Shown here one piece after another: positions 52,013 to 60,932 of a DNA stretch of 64,000 nt. The stretch spans positions 736,001 through 800,000 of the forward strand of contig OZ251219.1 in assembly GCA_965240465.1 (NCBI GenBank), given 5' to 3'. A program made the translations under genes and the position numbers. Below the pieces are notes generated by a model that saw nothing but the letters and a program-made list of their open reading frames with translations, did not search any database and had not been told where the DNA came from. Each line of letters starts with the position of its first letter. Position 1 is the first letter of the stretch. The stretch comes from a bacterium (lineage in GTDB: Bacteria; SAR324; JACQKK01).

Positions 52013-52597
52013 TTATTTGTGGAGGGACTTGATGACTTTCATGTCTTTAAGGGGAGGGTACGACCAACCTAGGTCTTGGGGATCGGGGAGGTCTTGCAGG
52101 GATTGCAGATTAAAGAGGCTGAGGAATTTCTGGGAAGTTTTATAAAGGATTGGTCTACCGGGAGCGGTATCTTTGCCAGCTATTTTTATCAGATTTTTTT
52201 CCAACAGACCTCTCAGGATGTTACTTACATCTACTCCACGCATGAATTCAATTTCTGCTCTGGTGGTTGGCTGGCGGTAGGCGATCACGGCGAGTACTTC
52301 CATGGTGGGGTCTGATAGTTTAATCGGTTTTAGGGGAAGTGCCTTTTGTAGCCAAGTTTGATATTCAGACAGGGTGCGTAGTTGAAAGCGGTCGCCTAGC
52401 TGGACTACCCTAAAAGAACGCCCGGTTTTTTGATAGCTACAGTTGAGTTGCTCAGTTAGGAGCTTGATGGAGGCAGGAGGGTTGATGTCTTTTCCCAAAA
52501 TGCGAGACAGCACGGTAGCTGAGAGTGGCTCTAAACTGGAAAACAAGATGGCTTCTAACACCGAGGAAGGGTCAGGGCATTGTTTTGAATTATTCAT
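52013..52597 (-). CDS. scpB: SMC-ScpAB condensin subunit ScpB
   Basis: EAILF, EVLAVIAYRQPTTRAEIE.MRGV, PGRP.LY.T...FL..F.L..L.DLP. Confidence 0.96.
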   Translation of the reverse strand: MNNSKQCPDPSSVLEAILFSSLEPLSATVLSRILGKDINPPASIKLLTEQLNCSYQKTGRSFRVVQLGDRFQLRTLSEYQTWLQKALPLKPIKLSDPTMEVLAVIAYRQPTTRAEIEFMRGVDVSNILRGLLEKNLIKIAGKDTAPGRPILYKTSQKFLSLFNLQSLQDLPDPQDLGWSYPPLKDMKVIKSLHK

Positions 52598-52649
52598 TGA
52601 TCGCCACGCTAGGCTGGGTTTTTTATAGGGGGGTATTTTTTACGAGAAG

Positions 52650-52776
52650 CTTTGGACGGACTGCTCTTGCGGACAGCTTGGACGGGAATTTTTTACGAAC
52701 CGCTTGGACGGACAGCTTGGACGGACAGCTTGGACGGACAGCTTGGATAGACAGCTTGGATAGACAGCTTGGATAG
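52650..52776. repeat. 13-bp tandem repeat array upstream of scpB
   Basis: CTTGGACGGACAG and CTTGGATAGACAG units. Confidence 0.9.
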
Positions 52777-52823
52777 GGAATCTCCACAGGAATTTTTCTA
52801 CGGGAAGTTTCTAGCAAGAAGCT

Positions 52824-52879
52824 TTTTATTGGGGGCCTTTTATTGGGGGATTCTTATTGGGGGATTCTTATTGGGGATT
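52824..52879. repeat. About 14-bp repeat x4 starting at the lipA stop codon
   Basis: TTCTTATTGGGGGA variants. Confidence 0.82.
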
Positions 52880-53798
52880 AGTTTTTGAGAGGGGGTGTTG
52901 TTTCTCGCAGTTGCTGGAGAAGATAGAATTCGGCAGCTCGATAGGAGCTACGTACCAATGGTCCTGAAGCTACATAAGCGAAGCCCATTTGGAGTCCTTT
53001 TTCTTGTAATGATTTGAATTGGTCAGGATGAACGAAGGAGTGGACTTTTAGTTTTCGTTTGGTGGGTTGTAGATATTGTCCTATGGTGAGGAAATCTACC
53101 TCAATAGAGCGTAGGGTTTCCATGGCTTCCAAGGTTTCCGCTTCGGTTTCTCCGAGCCCTAGCATGATAGAAGATTTGGTTTTTAGTTTTGGATAGAGTT
53201 TTTTGGCGTGGGTCAAGATTTCCAGTGACTGGGCAAAGGTAGCCCGATGGTCTCTGACTACGGGAGTGAGTCTTTCGATGGTTTCTATGTTGTGGGCGAA
53301 GACGGTAGGGTGAGCTTTGAGTACGGTTTCTAGATCTGCCAAGCGTCCTTGGAAATCGGGAGTGAGTATCTCAATCAGCAGTTGGGGACTGGCTAGCTGG
53401 CAGCGTCGGATGGTTTGTGCGAAGTGCTGAGCACCTTGATCTGGGAGGTCGTCACGGTTAACGGAAGTGATTACTACATAGTCCAGTTCCAGGGCTCGGA
53501 TGGTTTCTGCTATGTTCAGGGGTTCGGCGGGATCCAGGGGCGGGGGGCAACGGGAACTGGCGACCGAACAAAAACGACAACCTCTGGTACAAGAATCTCC
53601 CATCAGCATAAAGGTAGCGGTGCCTCCGTTCCAACATTCCCCGATATTTGGGCAACGAGCTTCTTCGCAGACGGTGTGTAACCCTAAGCTACGAGCCCGC
53701 TTTAGGATCCAGTTATAGCGTTCGCCGCCGGGTACGGATACCTTCAACCAACTCGGTTTGGTATGTTTGGGCTGAGAAGTAGAAACAGAGACGGCCAT
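52878..53798 (-). CDS. lipA: Lipoyl synthase
   Basis: CEEARCPNIGEC, CTRGCRFC, GPLVRSSYRA. Confidence 0.98.
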   Translation of the reverse strand: MAVSVSTSQPKHTKPSWLKVSVPGGERYNWILKRARSLGLHTVCEEARCPNIGECWNGGTATFMLMGDSCTRGCRFCSVASSRCPPPLDPAEPLNIAETIRALELDYVVITSVNRDDLPDQGAQHFAQTIRRCQLASPQLLIEILTPDFQGRLADLETVLKAHPTVFAHNIETIERLTPVVRDHRATFAQSLEILTHAKKLYPKLKTKSSIMLGLGETEAETLEAMETLRSIEVDFLTIGQYLQPTKRKLKVHSFVHPDQFKSLQEKGLQMGFAYVASGPLVRSSYRAAEFYLLQQLRETTPPLKN

Positions 53799-53905
53799 AA
53801 CTCAAAAATTTCCTCTGATTGAAATATAGCACATCCGCTGTGAGAACAAAACAAAGCACCCCCCCCCACCGTATCAACTACTTGATAATAATACCACAGC
53901 ACAAA

Positions 53906-54676
53906 TCAGCGGACTATAATCCTCATGGACTGCAGAATGGCATCCATGTATTCTACATCCTGAAAATTAATCTTGAAAATTTCTGGAGTGCCCTTTACCC
54001 TATTGACTTGCATTGCATCTCGGTAAAGTTCGTAATCTTGAACTCTAATATAAGTCAGGTGGACGGATTTTGATTTTCCGACAAAGGTGACTCTCTTGTT
54101 GGTCAGATAAAAAGTACCGCTGGATACCTCATGCAAGAAGCCATCATCATAATAGGGGATGGTATTAATTTTGTCCACCCGCAGACGCACTAAGGAAGAA
54201 GCACTCCTAGAACCAAAGTGCCCTCCAACAAAGCCGCTATTTTTGCGAAACCGGCGCAATTGTAGCCAAGTGGCGTAACAGAAGTGGTAGCAAACTTCAC
54301 CTGGGGAGAGGTTTATATCTGCTTCTACTGGTTCGGGGGTGAATTCGCCGTAATTTTCCAGCTCCCATAAGCGGCGACCTATTTTCAGCTCGTCTTCTAA
54401 AAATGAATTGATACGCAAATTGCGTTCTAGACGCTTGAGTTCTTTTTCATCGTAGGGGCTAAAGCGGTTGGAATCGCGAATCCGCTTCAGGATTGGTTGG
54501 ATCGCTTCATCAAAATACTCACTGATCAATTCTTCTACATATTCATCTTCAATGCCCAACTCGGCCTGCATATTCTTGATATGCAGAATCTCCTCATTAG
54601 TCAAAATGCCATCGGCAAGGGCATTCATGACCTCTCTTTTTATCTCGCGTTTTTTGAAATAGTTTGAAACAGGCAT
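53906..54676 (-). CDS. Hypothetical protein: TerB-like helical N-terminus plus bacterial PH-like domain
   Basis: ALADG.LT.EE; GTFYLTNKRVTFVG. Confidence 0.6.
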   Translation of the reverse strand: MPVSNYFKKREIKREVMNALADGILTNEEILHIKNMQAELGIEDEYVEELISEYFDEAIQPILKRIRDSNRFSPYDEKELKRLERNLRINSFLEDELKIGRRLWELENYGEFTPEPVEADINLSPGEVCYHFCYATWLQLRRFRKNSGFVGGHFGSRSASSLVRLRVDKINTIPYYDDGFLHEVSSGTFYLTNKRVTFVGKSKSVHLTYIRVQDYELYRDAMQVNRVKGTPEIFKINFQDVEYMDAILQSMRIIVR

Positions 54677-55019
54677 ATCATGTTCCTCATTGATACTTTA
54701 CGGTGCAACCCTAGCATAACATTTATAAGATCAAAAGATAACGCTTATCTATTCAAGAATAATGCAAAACACAGCTCTAAGGCAGTAAAAAAGTACAATC
54801 ACTTTCTCACCACCAAACTGGATACTCTCACATCACCACAATTTTTAACAATAATCAAGGTCTAAGTGTAACATTAGATCAGCATTTTGTACCCGCAATA
54901 GGTAAATCAACACCTAAGCGATGTCGCTTGTATCATGTGACTTATGTGATTTATGAAGTTTCTCAACTAAATTATCACAGTTCCTTTGCAACCTGTTTTT
55001 GAATATCATAACAGATGAT

Positions 55020-55092
55020 GCCCATGTAGCTCAGTTGGTAGAGCAGCACATTCGTAACGTGCAGGTCGTCGGTTCAATTCCGACCGTGGGCT
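55020..55092 (+). tRNA. tRNA-Thr (CGT)
   Basis: GCCCATG/CGTGGGC acceptor stem, loop TTCGTAA. Confidence 0.93.
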
Positions 55093-55177
55093 TTCGTGTT
55101 TATCGTGCAAAGTTTATCGTGCAAAGTTTATTGCGCGAGGGCAGTCTATCTTTGGTGTGTATAGGATGTGAGAATGG

Positions 55178-55232
55178 TCATGAGCTGGGGTCATGAGCTG
55201 GGGTCATGAGCTGGAGTCATGAGCTGGAGTCA
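55178..55232 (-). repeat. 13-bp repeat x4 copying the msrB 3' end and stop codon
   Basis: Minus strand C(T/C)CCAGCTCATGA x4; adjacent 14-bp GTTTATCGTGCAAA repeat after tRNA-Thr. Confidence 0.93.
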
Positions 55233-55678
55233 AGTTTCAGGGAGGCAGAATTGATGCAATATCGTTTTCCGCTGGGGGGCGGTCCGTCAGGAAAGACGTG
55301 TCCTAAATGGGCATCACAGCGGGCACAGCAGACTTCAGTTCGCGCCATCGGTCCTGGTCCATCGCTTTTGGTGGTTAGATGATCAGGGTGGCTGGGTTCC
55401 CAAAAACTAGGCCAGCCTGTGCTGGAATCGTATTTCTTTTGAGAGCGAAATAAAGACAACCCGCAACAGATGCACTGATAATCCCCCGATTTTTTTTCCT
55501 TCCAATAAGCTCCAGTAAAAGGTCTTTCAGTACCGGCTTCTCTGGTGATGTGGTACTGTTCTTTTGTCAATTGCTGACGCCATTCTGGCTCTGTTTTTTT
55601 GACTTTAGACAATGAAGCAGGCATGTCTTTTGGATCAGACATGTTTTTTGGAGCAGGCATGTTTTTTGGAGCAGGCAT
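55217..55678 (-). CDS. msrB: Methionine-R-sulfoxide reductase
   Basis: GTERPF, CxxC, GWPSF, HLGHVF.DGP, RYCINS; N-terminal 18-bp repeat (MPAPKN). Confidence 0.98.
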   Translation of the reverse strand: MPAPKNMPAPKNMSDPKDMPASLSKVKKTEPEWRQQLTKEQYHITREAGTERPFTGAYWKEKKSGDYQCICCGLSLFRSQKKYDSSTGWPSFWEPSHPDHLTTKSDGPGPMARTEVCCARCDAHLGHVFPDGPPPSGKRYCINSASLKLDSSS

Positions 55679-55735
55679 GAAGATTCTCTTAAAAATACGG
55701 TGAATATAAAATAAGAACCAGCGGAATCATCAGAA

Positions 55736-55809
55736 TAGCAGGAGAGAGATTTGAACTCCCGACCTCACGATTATGAATCGTGCGCTCTTACCAACTGAGC
55801 TACCCTGCC
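55736..55809 (-). tRNA. Elongator tRNA-Met (CAT)
   Basis: GGCAGGG...CACGATTCATAATCGTG...TCCTGCTA. Confidence 0.9.
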
Positions 55810-55915
55810 AGATCAGCCTGGCCGCATGATAGTTCAAGTAATAGATAGTTTGCCAGTTTTAATGTGTTTCTGTCAAAAATTACAAGAATATACTCCTCAT
55901 ATTTTGCTGTAATTT

Positions 55916-56938
55916 ATGTCCTTTATCAACCCGATGCGTTTATTGGCTGTAGTAGGTCCCACCGCTAGTGGCAAGAGTCAATTGGCAGCCAGCTTGGCAG
56001 CCGACTTAAATGCAGAAGTGGTCGGCGCGGATGCGGTACAATGCTATCGTCAGGCTAAGATCGGGGCCGCTCAGCCCTCTGATGCAACTAGAGCTCGGGT
56101 GGTGCATCATTTGGTGGGTTTCTTGCCCTCGGGGACACCTTACTCGGCTGGTAAATATGCCGAACAGGCTCGGGAATTGATTATCAATCTATGCAGCAAA
56201 GGAAAAACAGTGGTCTTGTGCGGGGGATCGGGCTTATATCTGGATGCCCTACTGCGAGGGTTTTCTCCTCTGCCGAGCATACCAGCGGTTATTCGTAGTC
56301 GGGTGAGTGCAACACTTCAGCCCCTTAGCAATCAAGAGTGCCACGCACTGCTGCAAAGCAAAGACCCCGTCATAGCTCGGGTAACTAACCCTGCCGACCG
56401 TCAAAGAATAGCCCGAGCACTAGAAGTAGTCCTAGCTAGTGGAACCCCCTTAAGTGAATACCAAACCCAACCCAAAATACCTCTGCCAGCCACAATCCTA
56501 GCATTCGGCATCAGCTGGCAACGAGCAGAACTATACCAACGAATCGCCAAACGAACTCACTCCATGCTGGCAAATGGACTCCTAAAGGAAACCCGAGAAA
56601 TACTCAATAGCGGTTGCTGCCCCAGTAGTCCGCCCCTGAACGCAGTAGGATACCAACAGGCACTCAGCTGCATCAAAGGAGAACTAAACCACACCGAACT
56701 CCCAAATCTCATCATTAAGCGCACCCGTCAACTCGCCAAACGACAACTCACCTGGCTCAGACATCACGGCTTTGGAGATCCTGAAAAACCCGCTCTCTAT
56801 CAAGACCAACAGCTATCTCTATCCACTCATTGGCTACCTCCTCCACCATTTCTTGCTCCTCCACCCCAGACCCCAAAAAATAACCACTCCCTGCCCGAAA
56901 ATATTATCTCCCTAGCTCGGAAATTCTTAAAGGGCTGA
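55916..56938 (+). CDS. miaA: tRNA dimethylallyltransferase
   Basis: GPTASGKS, HHL, GGSGLY, RALEV, AVGY, AKRQLTW; stop region CTTAAAGGGCTGAT duplicated (56926-56953). Confidence 0.95.
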   Translation: MSFINPMRLLAVVGPTASGKSQLAASLAADLNAEVVGADAVQCYRQAKIGAAQPSDATRARVVHHLVGFLPSGTPYSAGKYAEQARELIINLCSKGKTVVLCGGSGLYLDALLRGFSPLPSIPAVIRSRVSATLQPLSNQECHALLQSKDPVIARVTNPADRQRIARALEVVLASGTPLSEYQTQPKIPLPATILAFGISWQRAELYQRIAKRTHSMLANGLLKETREILNSGCCPSSPPLNAVGYQQALSCIKGELNHTELPNLIIKRTRQLAKRQLTWLRHHGFGDPEKPALYQDQQLSLSTHWLPPPPFLAPPPQTPKNNHSLPENIISLARKFLKG

Positions 56939-57026
56939 TCTTAAAGGGCTGATGGCACCAGCAATCGCTATTCAGGCTTATCTCTATAAGCAGACTTAGC
57001 TAAAAGTTGCCGTCTGGAGTAGATTA

Positions 57027-57074
57027 AATTACACTGAGAATTGCACTGAGAATTGCACTGAGAATTGCACTGAG
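57027..57074 (+). repeat. 12-bp repeat x4 just before the next start codon
   Basis: AATT(A/G)CACTGAG x4. Confidence 0.92.
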
Positions 57075-57076
57075 AC

Positions 57077-57565
57077 ATGTTTCTACTCGATAACCTTGCC
57101 ATGAACAAGAATTCCTACCAAGATCCTCCCCAATCCTCGGCTGAACCCGCACCAACAACCGAAACCGTCGCTCACCCGAACGTGCAAACGATCGGTATTC
57201 AAAACTTCAGCATCTTTAGCACCTCTCAGCAACAGGGCCTGTGGAGACTCCATTTCATTTGGGGCAAAAAGGATTTTTGCCTCTTCTTGCAGCCCCAAGA
57301 AAGTGTGCGTCAAAGCAATAGCTTGGCGGTACTCGGTAACAATGATAAATTGCTCCTCACAGTCACCAGATTACAATACCTGCGTGGATTCCAGTGGTAT
57401 GACTACCACAAAGTAAGTCTCCATAACCTAGCCTATGAAGAAATTTGCTGGAAGCTGGAAGGATTAAAACACTATGTTGAACTACCCAAAGATTTCTTGG
57501 ATATGGCTATAGAACTGGCTTGTCGGGCATTTGATCTGCGTCGCATCAGTACTGATACCTCTTGA
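57077..57565 (+). CDS. Hypothetical protein
   Basis: 162-aa ORF filling the gap; no family recognised. Confidence 0.6.
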   Translation: MFLLDNLAMNKNSYQDPPQSSAEPAPTTETVAHPNVQTIGIQNFSIFSTSQQQGLWRLHFIWGKKDFCLFLQPQESVRQSNSLAVLGNNDKLLLTVTRLQYLRGFQWYDYHKVSLHNLAYEEICWKLEGLKHYVELPKDFLDMAIELACRAFDLRRISTDTS

Positions 57566-57591
57566 CTTCTTGCCTCCTCGGGTGCTATCTT
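57562..57591 (+). promoter_or_regulatory. Putative sigma-70 promoter repeated in front of each lipoprotein-array unit (also 60863-60892, 63768-63796, 63925-63953)
   Basis: TTGACT-17/18 bp-TATCTT (TACGGT, TATCTC variants). Confidence 0.6.
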
Positions 57592-57685
57592 GGGGGCTGG
57601 TACTTTCATGCATTCTAACTAGGGTTGCCCAAAACTAGGGTTGCCCAAAACGTAGGACTGCCCAAGTCCTGCAACAGGATTACCC

Positions 57686-60600
57686 ATGCAAAGATTATCA
57701 CTCCTTTCGGCTTGTATTTTCGCTCTATTTTTAGCTAGCTGCGGGGGGAGCGGGGGCGGGGGTGGAGCTATTGACACTACTGATACCGATTCCGATGGCG
57801 TCCCCGACAGCAAGGATTTGTGCAAAAATAGCCTTGAGGAGAACTTCATCAGCAGTAGCACCACCGACGCCGACAAGGACGGTTGCAAAGATGACGACCC
57901 TAACGGAGAAGACAAAGATGGTGGCACTGGTGATGACGAAGATAATGATGGCATTTTTGGCACTGACACGAATAACACTGAGCTTGATAAGTGCGAGAAC
58001 GGCGACAAAGGCTGGACGAGCATAAGCACTAGCACTGACCCTGCTGTAACTATCACCGACTACGATGGCGACGGTTGTCGGGATGCTGGCGAGGATACCG
58101 ATGACGACAATGATGGCGTGCTTGATGTTAATGATAGCTGTGACAGGGGTGTTACTGGTTGGAGGAGTGATGGTAGCACCGACCGCGATTCTGATGGCTG
58201 TAAAGATGATAATGACGAAGACCAAGATGGTGGTGATGGCAGTGATGAAGATAATGATGGCAAGGTAGGTGATGATGATAAATGTCCGCAGGGTGACACT
58301 AATTGGACGAGCGGAAGCGACACCGACTATGATTCCGATGGTTGTCGGGATGCTGGCGAGGATACCGATGACGACAATGATAGCGTGCTTGATGTTAATG
58401 ATAGCTGTGACAGGGGTGTTACTGGTTGGAGGAGTGATGGTAGCACCGACCGCGATTCTGATGGCTGTAAAGATGATAATGACGAAGACCAAGATGGTGG
58501 TGATGGCAGTGATGAAGATAATGATGGCATTTTTGGCACTGACACCAATGGCATTGAGCTTGATAAGTGCGAGAACGGCGACAAAGGCTGGACGAGCATA
58601 AGCACTAGCACTGACCCTGCTGTAACTATCACTGACCATGACAGCGATGGTTGTCGGGATGCTGGCGAGGATACCGATGACGACAATGACGGGGTAGACG
58701 ATGTTAATGCAGAGGGCGAGGAGCTAGACGAATGCCCCAGAGGCAATTTTTTCACCAGCATAAGCACTGGCGATAACACCACCGACAACGATTCTGACGG
58801 TTGCGAGGATGACAGCACTGAAGACACTGATGACGACAATGATGGCAAAGCTGATGCTGAGGATAGCTGTCCCGAAGGTAACACAGGTTGGCTCAGCACC
58901 ACTGACGCCACCACTGGCACTGACAAAGATGATGACGGTTGCCGAGATGAGGGGGGCGAGGACAAAGATGATGGTGATGGCAGTGATGAAGATAATGATG
59001 GTATTTCTGGCACTGACGCCAATAGCATTGAGCTTGATAAGTGCGAAGACGGCGACAAAGGCTGGACGAGCAATGACCAAACCGACAACGACAGCGATGG
59101 TTGTCGGGATGCTGGCGAGGATCCCGATGACGACAATGACACCATCCTAGACGTCACCGACGTGGATGACGACAACAACGGTCTAATAGAAATTGCCACT
59201 GCTGAGGAGCTAATCAACATCCGCCACGATCTGGACGGCACTCACTATAATGATGGCAGTAATTCATCTAATGCGGGCTGTCCTACTACTACCACTCCCG
59301 TAGGTTGCAAGGGCTATGAACTAGCTCAAGACATCAAATTAGCAGACCTAACTGGCTCTGACACTAAAAACTGGGATCCCGTTGCGGGGGATTTTACCGC
59401 TACCTTAGAAGGCAATGATTACATCATCACTAACCTGATCATTGCCACCGACGCTACCACCCGATACACGGGCTTTTTTGCGGTTTTGGGTGCGAATAGC
59501 ATAGTCAAAAACTTGTCCTTGGAAGGTTTAGCTACCAGTAGCTACCTTACTGGCAGTAGCCAAGCCCCCAACTATGTAGGGGGTTTAGCGGGCAGTAGTA
59601 ACGGAACAATATCCAATGTTTCTGGGCCCTCCTCGGTCTCTGCTGGCACTGGCGACTATGACTATGTAGGTGGCTTGGTAGGTTATAATACTGGCACCAT
59701 CGATAATAGCTCTGCCACTGGCTCTGCCACTGGCGGTGCTGGTGCTAATGACTCGGTGGGCGGCTTGGTAGGTTATAATACTGGCACCATCGATAATAGC
59801 TCTGCCACCGGCAATGTTAATAGCAATGGGGATGGTGACTCGGTGGGCGGCTTGGTAGGTTATAATACTGGCACCATCGGTAATAGCCATGCCACTGGCA
59901 CTGTTACTGGCGGTGCAGGTAGCGAATCTTTGGGCGGCTTGGTAGGTTATAATAAGACTGGCACCATCGGTAATAGCCATGCCACTGGCACTGTTACTGG
60001 CAATGGGGGTAGTGACGCGGTGGGCGGCTTGGTAGGTTATAATACTGGCACCATCGGAAATAGCCATGCCACTGGAAACGCCACTGCTGGTGATGGTTAT
60101 AGGACTCGAGTGGGCGGCTTAGTGGGTAATAGTACTGGTGCCCAAATCCAAAATAGCTATGCCACCGGAAACGCCACTGCTGGTGCTGGTGCTGAAGGCT
60201 TTGTAGGCGGCTTGGTGGGTTATTCTGGTAACGACAGAAAGATCCAAAATAGCTATGCTACTGGTTCTGCTGATGGCGGTGCTGGTGATGATGACAGTGT
60301 AGGTGGCTTGGTGGGATATGCTAGTTCTGGAATACTCATTAACAATTATTCCACAGGCAATGTTTATGGTGGTGCTGGTGATGATCAGGTAGGTGGTTTG
60401 CTGGGATATGCTTCTAATGTATTCATAATCAAGAACAGCTATTCATTAGGTACTGTTACTGGGGGAGCTGGTGCCGATAAAATTGGCATCTTGATGGGCG
60501 TTAGAAATATTGGGGGACAGACACTTCCAATTACTGGCAACTATTATGATATTGCTAGTGAAAAACTGGTTTCCGATGCTAATGATACCGTATTAACCCT

Positions 60601-60847
60601 TAGCGATACTGAGGCTATTGGCAAAACCCTTACCCAACTAAAAGAGCTGGATGCCCCCACCACCGCTACTGAATTTAGTACGGGCTGGGATGACTACGAC
60701 TGGGCTTTTGGTACAGACCAACAATACCCCAGCCTAAAGTCTTATCTGTACGTCCTTAATGGTAGCAGACATATCCAAATTAATGGCAAGTTACTCTGCG
60801 GGCAATTACCCGAAGCTGACTTCGTTCAGTGTACTCCTACGCCTTAG
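57686..60847 (+). CDS. Large lipoprotein: thrombospondin type-3-like Ca-binding repeats plus GLUG repeats (array copy 1)
   Basis: Lipobox LASC; DxDxDGCxD/DDDND repeats; VGGLVG...NS.ATG repeats. Confidence 0.88.
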   Translation: MQRLSLLSACIFALFLASCGGSGGGGGAIDTTDTDSDGVPDSKDLCKNSLEENFISSSTTDADKDGCKDDDPNGEDKDGGTGDDEDNDGIFGTDTNNTELDKCENGDKGWTSISTSTDPAVTITDYDGDGCRDAGEDTDDDNDGVLDVNDSCDRGVTGWRSDGSTDRDSDGCKDDNDEDQDGGDGSDEDNDGKVGDDDKCPQGDTNWTSGSDTDYDSDGCRDAGEDTDDDNDSVLDVNDSCDRGVTGWRSDGSTDRDSDGCKDDNDEDQDGGDGSDEDNDGIFGTDTNGIELDKCENGDKGWTSISTSTDPAVTITDHDSDGCRDAGEDTDDDNDGVDDVNAEGEELDECPRGNFFTSISTGDNTTDNDSDGCEDDSTEDTDDDNDGKADAEDSCPEGNTGWLSTTDATTGTDKDDDGCRDEGGEDKDDGDGSDEDNDGISGTDANSIELDKCEDGDKGWTSNDQTDNDSDGCRDAGEDPDDDNDTILDVTDVDDDNNGLIEIATAEELINIRHDLDGTHYNDGSNSSNAGCPTTTTPVGCKGYELAQDIKLADLTGSDTKNWDPVAGDFTATLEGNDYIITNLIIATDATTRYTGFFAVLGANSIVKNLSLEGLATSSYLTGSSQAPNYVGGLAGSSNGTISNVSGPSSVSAGTGDYDYVGGLVGYNTGTIDNSSATGSATGGAGANDSVGGLVGYNTGTIDNSSATGNVNSNGDGDSVGGLVGYNTGTIGNSHATGTVTGGAGSESLGGLVGYNKTGTIGNSHATGTVTGNGGSDAVGGLVGYNTGTIGNSHATGNATAGDGYRTRVGGLVGNSTGAQIQNSYATGNATAGAGAEGFVGGLVGYSGNDRKIQNSYATGSADGGAGDDDSVGGLVGYASSGILINNYSTGNVYGGAGDDQVGGLLGYASNVFIIKNSYSLGTVTGGAGADKIGILMGVRNIGGQTLPITGNYYDIASEKLVSDANDTVLTLSDTEAIGKTLTQLKELDAPTTATEFSTGWDDYDWAFGTDQQYPSLKSYLYVLNGSRHIQINGKLLCGQLPEADFVQCTPTP

Positions 60848-60932
60848 GATGGACTTTACCTCTTGACTTCTTGCCTCCTCGGGTGTTACGGTGGGGGCTG
60901 GTACTTTCACGCATTCTGACATAGAACTTTCC

